Origin: Welwitschia mirabilis
Lineage: Eukaryota
Direction: 5' to 3'
DNA length: 41,955 nt
Assembly (NCBI GenBank): GCA_051453625.1
Contig: JBOZIK010000001.1
Span: 29,546,581-29,588,535, forward strand
Shown here: one piece after another, positions 36,501 to 41,955 of the stretch
Numbering within the stretch: position 1 is the stretch's first letter
Layout: the number at the start of each line of letters is the position of its first letter
Made by a program: the position numbers and the translations under genes
The notes under the pieces: model-generated
Told to the model about the DNA's origin: nothing
Databases searched by the model: none
What the model saw: the letters and a program-made list of their open reading frames with translations, nothing else

Positions 36501-39500
36501 AATTTTATGATTTCATCTTTTATAATGTGTCTAAGGGCTAGAGGAAGTCTATGTTGGGGTTACCACATAGGTTTAGCATTTTCTTTAAGGTATATCTTAT
36601 GTTGAACAATGAAAATGGGCATGGCTATAAAATCATTATAGGACCAAGCAAATGGATTTACTTTAGATTGTAGAAGAGAGACTAGACTCAATTCTTATTG
36701 AGGAATAAGATTTTTATTGATAATCAAAGCTTCACTCAGGTTACTATTTAAATAATGTATTTTAGTCCACTATCTAAAGGTTTTAGGTTTATATTTAAGC
36801 TTAGATTTTTACTATCTGTAAAATTTTTAGAATAATAGATTATAATCTCGTACTATCATCCAAGAGTAAGTAGTGGATGAGCATCCTTAAAATAATAAAT
36901 CTTAGGTCTTCTAAATTCTTAGACTTCTGCATAGTTAATAGACTTAGACTTCCTACTCTTCATATCAAAAAAACTTAGTTTTTAGATGTTCAAAATCAAG
37001 TTGATATTTAAAAACATATAAGTTATCTACTTCTATTTTATCATCAAATAAGGTTGGTTTTTGAAGCAAGGACCATCTTTCCTTAAGTGGATAGTGCTAT
37101 AAAAATAAAGTTGGCCTAATTTCTTTTTCCACATTCAAATTGTTTCCTAAATATTTTTCTGTTACACCTAAAACTCTTATTGAATACTATTTATTTCTAA
37201 AATAGTATCTTATCAAATTTATTCTTATATCTATAATACAGTGGAATGTTACATAAAAAGCTCTACCTAGAAGTAAAGGGTATCCACCATGGTGCTCAAT
37301 TGCGATAACTACAACATCAATGGGGTAGAAAGCTTCTTCTATCTAAATGATTAAATCATTAATCACACTTAATAGTTTATTCAACAGTATCAGCTAGTTC
37401 TAAAATAATTCATGTAGTTTTTACTCTTTCCTTCAACCCAAGTCTCTAATAAATGTACAAGGGCATGATGTTAACACTAGTTTCTATATCTATCAAGGAT
37501 TTTTTAATCCTATGGTTTTCTTCTAAAGTGACACTCATAGTTGTTGCCCTCAAATCTTTAAACTTTAGGAATTTTTGATAAACTAAATTATTAATAGATT
37601 GAGTTAGAAAGACTTTACTAGGGATGGTTCATTTTTGTTTTCTTCTAATCAAGTTTTTTCATAGCTTTGAATACTTTGGATTTTCCTACAANNNNNNNNN
37701 NNNNNNNNNNNNNNNNNNNNNNNNNNNNNNNNNNNNNNNNNNNNNNNNNNNNNNNNNNNNNNNNNNNNNNNNNNNNNNNNNNNNNNNNNNNGGATTTTCC
37801 TACAAAAGTTTCTAAAATGATAAGTTGATGCTTACATTTTGTATTAAGGCTTTTAGATGATCATTAAAAATAGGATTTGTGTTAATCTTATCAAGCCATG
37901 TGTATCCAGTTTTTTTTTTGTAAAGATTGTTTCCTTTTATTGCTTAATAAAGAAGGGAAACAATGGTTTTCTAATATTTCTATGTTCTCTTCTTCATCAT
38001 TTTTGTCACTTTGTGATGTGGAAGCCTCATGAGTGGAAGCAATTATGTCATTTCCAATTTTTATCATTACCTTACAATCTTTTATAACTTCATTTGGATT
38101 TGGTAAAGGTTGAGTGGCAAGAGATACTTATGGTCTTTGATTAGAAAGCATAGTTTGTTATAGGATTCTTACAAGGTTTTTAATGTTAGTGTTTGTCTTT
38201 TTAATATTTGAGTTTGTATTTTCTTATGATTTTTTGAACTCCTTAATGAATTTCCTAAGATAATCACTTTGGTTTTAGGAGTTGGATAAGCTTACTAAGT
38301 TGTTTGATTTATTACATTAAAATTTTATGTTCTCAAATCTTTTCTTAAAAGGTTAAAAGTAAGTTGATTTATTCACTCATCCTAGGTTAAAATTTGTTGT
38401 GATTTTAGACTTATTTAATTTTGGTTGTGTTATAGTTTGAAGACATCTGTTTAAAAGCACATACTTCCTCATAAATTCTCTCTTTCTGAGTTGGAAGCAA
38501 AGGACATTCTTTAGTAACATGATAACTATCCTCACACAAATCACAAGTATGAACTAGAACTTCACTCTTCTTGGTTGCCATCTTAGAATCAAGAATCATT
38601 TGTGTGTATTTTTCTAAGATCAAAGTAAAATCCTTTATGACATTGATTGGTCCTTTTTTAGCTCTTATTTCATTTTTCTAATGTTTTACCTCCTTTAGAT
38701 CTTTAATGATTTGGCCTATTGTTTAGTTTTTTCTAGGTGAAGGTTTAGGCCATGTTTGATTTACTTCTACCAAGTCTTCCAACACTTTTTAGGCATCATC
38801 TAAGATTTGTTTCAAAAATTTACCTTAACATGAAAAATCTACATGTTGCTTTGTGTGACTATGTAATTCACTATAAAATTAGTCAACAAGTTCTACCTAT
38901 GAAAAGGCATCTACAGTATTCAAATGTAAAGTAATAAAGAATCTCTTATAAGTAGAGGCATAGTCTTCATTAGCCATTTATTAGAAGTTAGTAACTTCTT
39001 TCTTACATTTTTAGATGGTGATTTCACTCACAAATCTCTTGATAAAGACTTTCTAAACTTGACTTTTCTAAACTTGACTTTAAGATTTTTTAAACTTTTA
39101 TTAGTAATCATTCTAAGTCATAGTTTTGCTTTATCTTTTAAAGTAATGGGAAAGATGACCATTTAGGTTCTATTATTTATGTGTTTTTTATCATTTTTGA
39201 AAGTGAAGACTAACTATTCTATATTAGCAATGTGTTACAAAGGATATTCATTGAGTTCACTACTAAAGGTAGTATATGCATTTAGGTTTCATAGTTTAAC
39301 ATGTTACCAGAAGTTAAGTCAAATGGGATTTGGATTTCATATTTCTTATTTGCAATGATATCTCGAAGGGTGATATGAGCATTGGTATGAGTAGGAGTAT
39401 TTGTAGGGGTTCCAATAACAAGGGGTGGATTTGATAAGATAGGTTGCTTTTGCTTTTAGAATGAGGTAACATGATTGAAAATTGAAAACTCTCATCTAAA

Positions 39501-39690
39501 AAATCATCAGAAAAATTTTCTTTAACAAAATCAGACTCTGTAGAAATAAAAGTAGATATTACAGGAATTTCTAAATTTTGTGTACCTTTGCTGTGTTTAC
39601 CTAATTTAGTTTCTAGGTCTATCAAATCTTCTCAGATATTTTTTATACTAAATATCCACTCTCTTTGGTGTTTTTCTTTCTTACTAGATT
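33510..39690 (-). pseudogene. Athila-like gag-pol (gag with zinc knuckle, PR, RT, RNase H, integrase), decayed
   Basis: gag IFPITLKDKAK, CDLCEDSYHVTKEC and LATQPLPNP. Protease LIDIETSVNIMP and PLLLGRAFL. RT DSEWISSLMVVHKKDVK*RMCIDF, MPFGLCNA and IEIFMNEFSIY. RNase H FELMCD...EKEMLAIIF. Integrase FDYWGIDFIGP and C-terminal LVLLYN...KVNG*WLKLY (~33520). Confidence 0.93.
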
Positions 39691-39729
39691 TTACTATACA
39701 TACTTAGTATTGAACAGATTGTTATCCCT

Positions 39730-40503
39730 GAAGTCATCTCAGGTGTCCGGTCAACCCCTTGATGATTGGCTAGGAAGTATTTGGTACATAGTACTCAAGT
39801 CTGATCAACTCCTTAGATGTCTGATTGATCCCTTAATGATTGATTTAAAAGTATTAGATGCATAGTGCTTAAGTCTGGTCGACCCCTTAGATGTCCAGTT
39901 GACCCCTTAATAATTAGTTAGGAGTACTATTTCTCAGGTTTATAAATCTAGTTGACCCCTTAAATATCTAATTGATCCATATAAATTTGGTTTATTTCTA
40001 AGTGTTTGCTTTAAGTGGAATCGACCCCTTGGAAGTCTAATTAATCCATTAATAGGGTAACAAAACTTGACAAGTTTCAAGATCAAAATATGATAAACAT
40101 TACTTTAGCTTTTGAGCTATAAATGATAATATTTTTTGTAAAAGATACAACAAATTTTTCTACATAAAAAATATTAGTTTGACATTAATTGATAAATAAT
40201 AATTTAACAATCTCCTCCTTTGACATTAATAATGAGCATTTTCTTAGTTGAGAAGATTAGATTTGGAAAAACTTTCCCTCACAAAATGCCTATTAATGTT
40301 TATAAAAATATTTAAACCTTTATATCAAGTTAGACATTTTAATAATTCTTCAAATTGTGCTAAAATTTAAAAACACTTTGAAGTGATAAAATATATATGA
40401 TAAACAACATTTTAATCATGAATTATTAAATAACCATAAGATATACTAGAAATTTTAGTTCATATTAAAAATAAATATGCACTAAAAAATTTGAGACACA
40501 AAT
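39730..40503 (-). mobile_element. SIRE (Ty1/copia)-like 3' end fragment: PPT and start of the 3' LTR
   Basis: The minus strand reads gtcaaaggaggagat-TGTTaaa (PPT 40210-40221, LTR start 40209), matching the SIRE AAAGGGGGAGAT-TG signature, followed by palindromic repeated motifs. No coding region is visible because of the adjacent gap. Confidence 0.6.
39745..40050. repeat. Array of ~9 GTCCGGTCGACCCCTT-like palindromic motifs (SIRE-type LTR repeated motifs)
   Basis: gtccggtcaacccctt (39745), gtctgatcaactcctt, gtctgattgatccctt, gtctggtcgacccctt (39873), gtccagttgacccctt, atctagttgacccctt, atctaattgatcca, ggaatcgacccctt, gtctaattaatccatt. Confidence 0.8.
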
Positions 40504-40807
40504 NNNNNNNNNNNNNNNNNNNNNNNNNNNNNNNNNNNNNNNNNNNNNNNNNNNNNNNNNNNNNNNNNNNNNNNNNNNNNNNNNNNNNNNNNNNNNNNNN
40601 NNNNNNNNNNNNNNNNNNNNNNNNNNNNNNNNNNNNNNNNNNNNNNNNNNNNNNNNNNNNNNNNNNNNNNNNNNNNNNNNNNNNNNNNNNNNNNNNNNNN
40701 NNNNNNNNNNNNNNNNNNNNNNNNNNNNNNNNNNNNNNNNNNNNNNNNNNNNNNNNNNNNNNNNNNNNNNNNNNNNNNNNNNNNNNNNNNNNNNNNNNNN
40801 NNNNNNN

Positions 40808-41650
40808 TTATTGAAGGCCATCATTCACCTCATTGTTTGGATGATTATATGAATGACTATGCTAATTGGATGCTAACTGAAGTCTATCTAATAGCTGATA
40901 TGAATTGATTATGAGGTGGTATCATCTACTCTATTATCCAAATGACTAACTAGACAATAATATTGTAACATCTGTACTGAACATTTACCAAAATTTTTCT
41001 ACTTGTATTTCCATTTTTTTTCCTTGCATGGCTATTATGGTTTACCCACAACTTTTTGTCTTTATTGTTATGTGTTTTGGTAAATAAATAGAGATCTTAT
41101 CCTTAACTCCTACTTATTTTAATTTGCATTAGAAATTCTCATGACAGGAGATTGAAGGACTAGAAATCCATCCTATAGTTCTAAAGAGATGTTTCCTTAG
41201 TGTTGGACAGCATTTCCTCCACTGACGTGTGGCTACTTTGTAATATGGATGTTGTTTGATTCCTAATACAAAATATTTTCTTTTATGATTTCAATGTATG
41301 ATCTTTTTTATCCTCATAACTTATATTTCTTCTAATTCAATGATAGTTTCTCCATTGATATAGGTTATGAGGGCAACCTTTACCAAGGTTATGCTTGGTT
41401 AGTTTAAGTTCAGTGCATTATTTTTTTCTTTTTTTAAATTTTCTTTACATGAGTATATTTTATTTTACTTTTATGCATTATAAGTTATTTCTATATATTA
41501 GGATATAAGTATTTCTTTAGAAAGCAACTGTGATATTTTTTACATTACCTTTCGATAGATTATGACATTTGAGTTACTTTCATCTATATTAGTGTGTTGT
41601 CTTTATGAATTATTATTTATGATTAACAGGATTCTAATTAGGGCACAATA
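40808..41650 (+). repeat. 3' part of the 5' LTR of an Athila-like element (same family as 24741-25819)
   Basis: Inverted homology to 24741-25595. Ends gggcacaata (decayed ...aaca) directly before a PBS. Confidence 0.85.
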
Positions 41651-41653
41651 TCT

Positions 41654-41671
41654 TGGCATCATTGCTAGGGA
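41654..41671 (+). promoter_or_regulatory. Primer binding site, tRNA-Asp (Athila type), deaminated
   Basis: tggcatcattgctaggga versus TGGCGCCGTTGCCGGGGA matches at 13/18. All five mismatches are C>T or G>A transitions. Confidence 0.8.
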
Positions 41672-41955
41672 AGACTACTTGGATTCAAGAGTTGTCATTA
41701 CTTCAGTGAATATTTTAGTTTGTATGCTTACTACAAAAACAGTGTATTAGTATCTATAGTAGCATAGGTTTTTCCTTTTTATAAAGTTAATTTTCTATTT
41801 TTTAAATAAAAGTCTCTTTTTTGTTCTATAATAAAAAGTTAGTCATTCACTTTATTATCTAGATGATGCATGTTAGGATTTTATTTTTGCTAATTGATTT
41901 CAAACTAATATGGTATTTATAGAATGAAAAGTGATTTTACAAGTACGAAAAACTA

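Noticed and set aside
37678-37805. ggattttcctacaa repeated on both sides of a 100-N gap
   Set aside because: Most likely an unmerged contig overlap, not a TSD or biological repeat.
21065-40824. Long ORFs in the track made mostly of X (21065-21567, 27869-28132, 28720-29046, 29947-31002, 33859-34650, 37624-37815, 40465-40824)
   Set aside because: Artefacts of N gaps, which contain no stop codons.

Overview
AT-rich plant (eukaryotic) heterochromatin-like region made almost entirely of decayed, nested retroelements. I see no intact host gene, and about 4 kb of the window is N gaps. Left to right: (1) a 1.23-kb tandem duplication whose first copy is split by a near full-length L1-clade LINE (1052-7136); (2) a minus-strand Tekay/Del-like chromovirus pol with chromodomain, PPT and 3' LTR; (3) a plus-strand Athila-like element (LTR, tRNA-Asn-type PBS, gag-PR-RT start); (4) a plus-strand chromovirus-like Ty3/gypsy element (415-bp LTR, iMet PBS, gag-PR-RT-RH-INT); (5) an Athila-like LTR and a second LTR-like segment; (6) a minus-strand Athila-like internal region with gag-pol and an env-like accessory ORF; (7) a SIRE-like PPT/LTR fragment; (8) the 5' LTR end and tRNA-Asp PBS of another Athila-like element. 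The most interesting feature is the unusually long (~3.7 kb) PBS-to-gag leader of element 4. It carries a decayed antisense accessory gene (~19496 to ~17100) with its own TATA box and a probable intron. Next to it are two phased arrays of CpG-rich palindromic motifs, reconstructed as CGGTTAACCG and CCGACGTCGCAC. This may be an element-encoded factor plus cognate cis-array module; the function is inference only. All alignments and translations beyond the supplied ORF track were done by eye.
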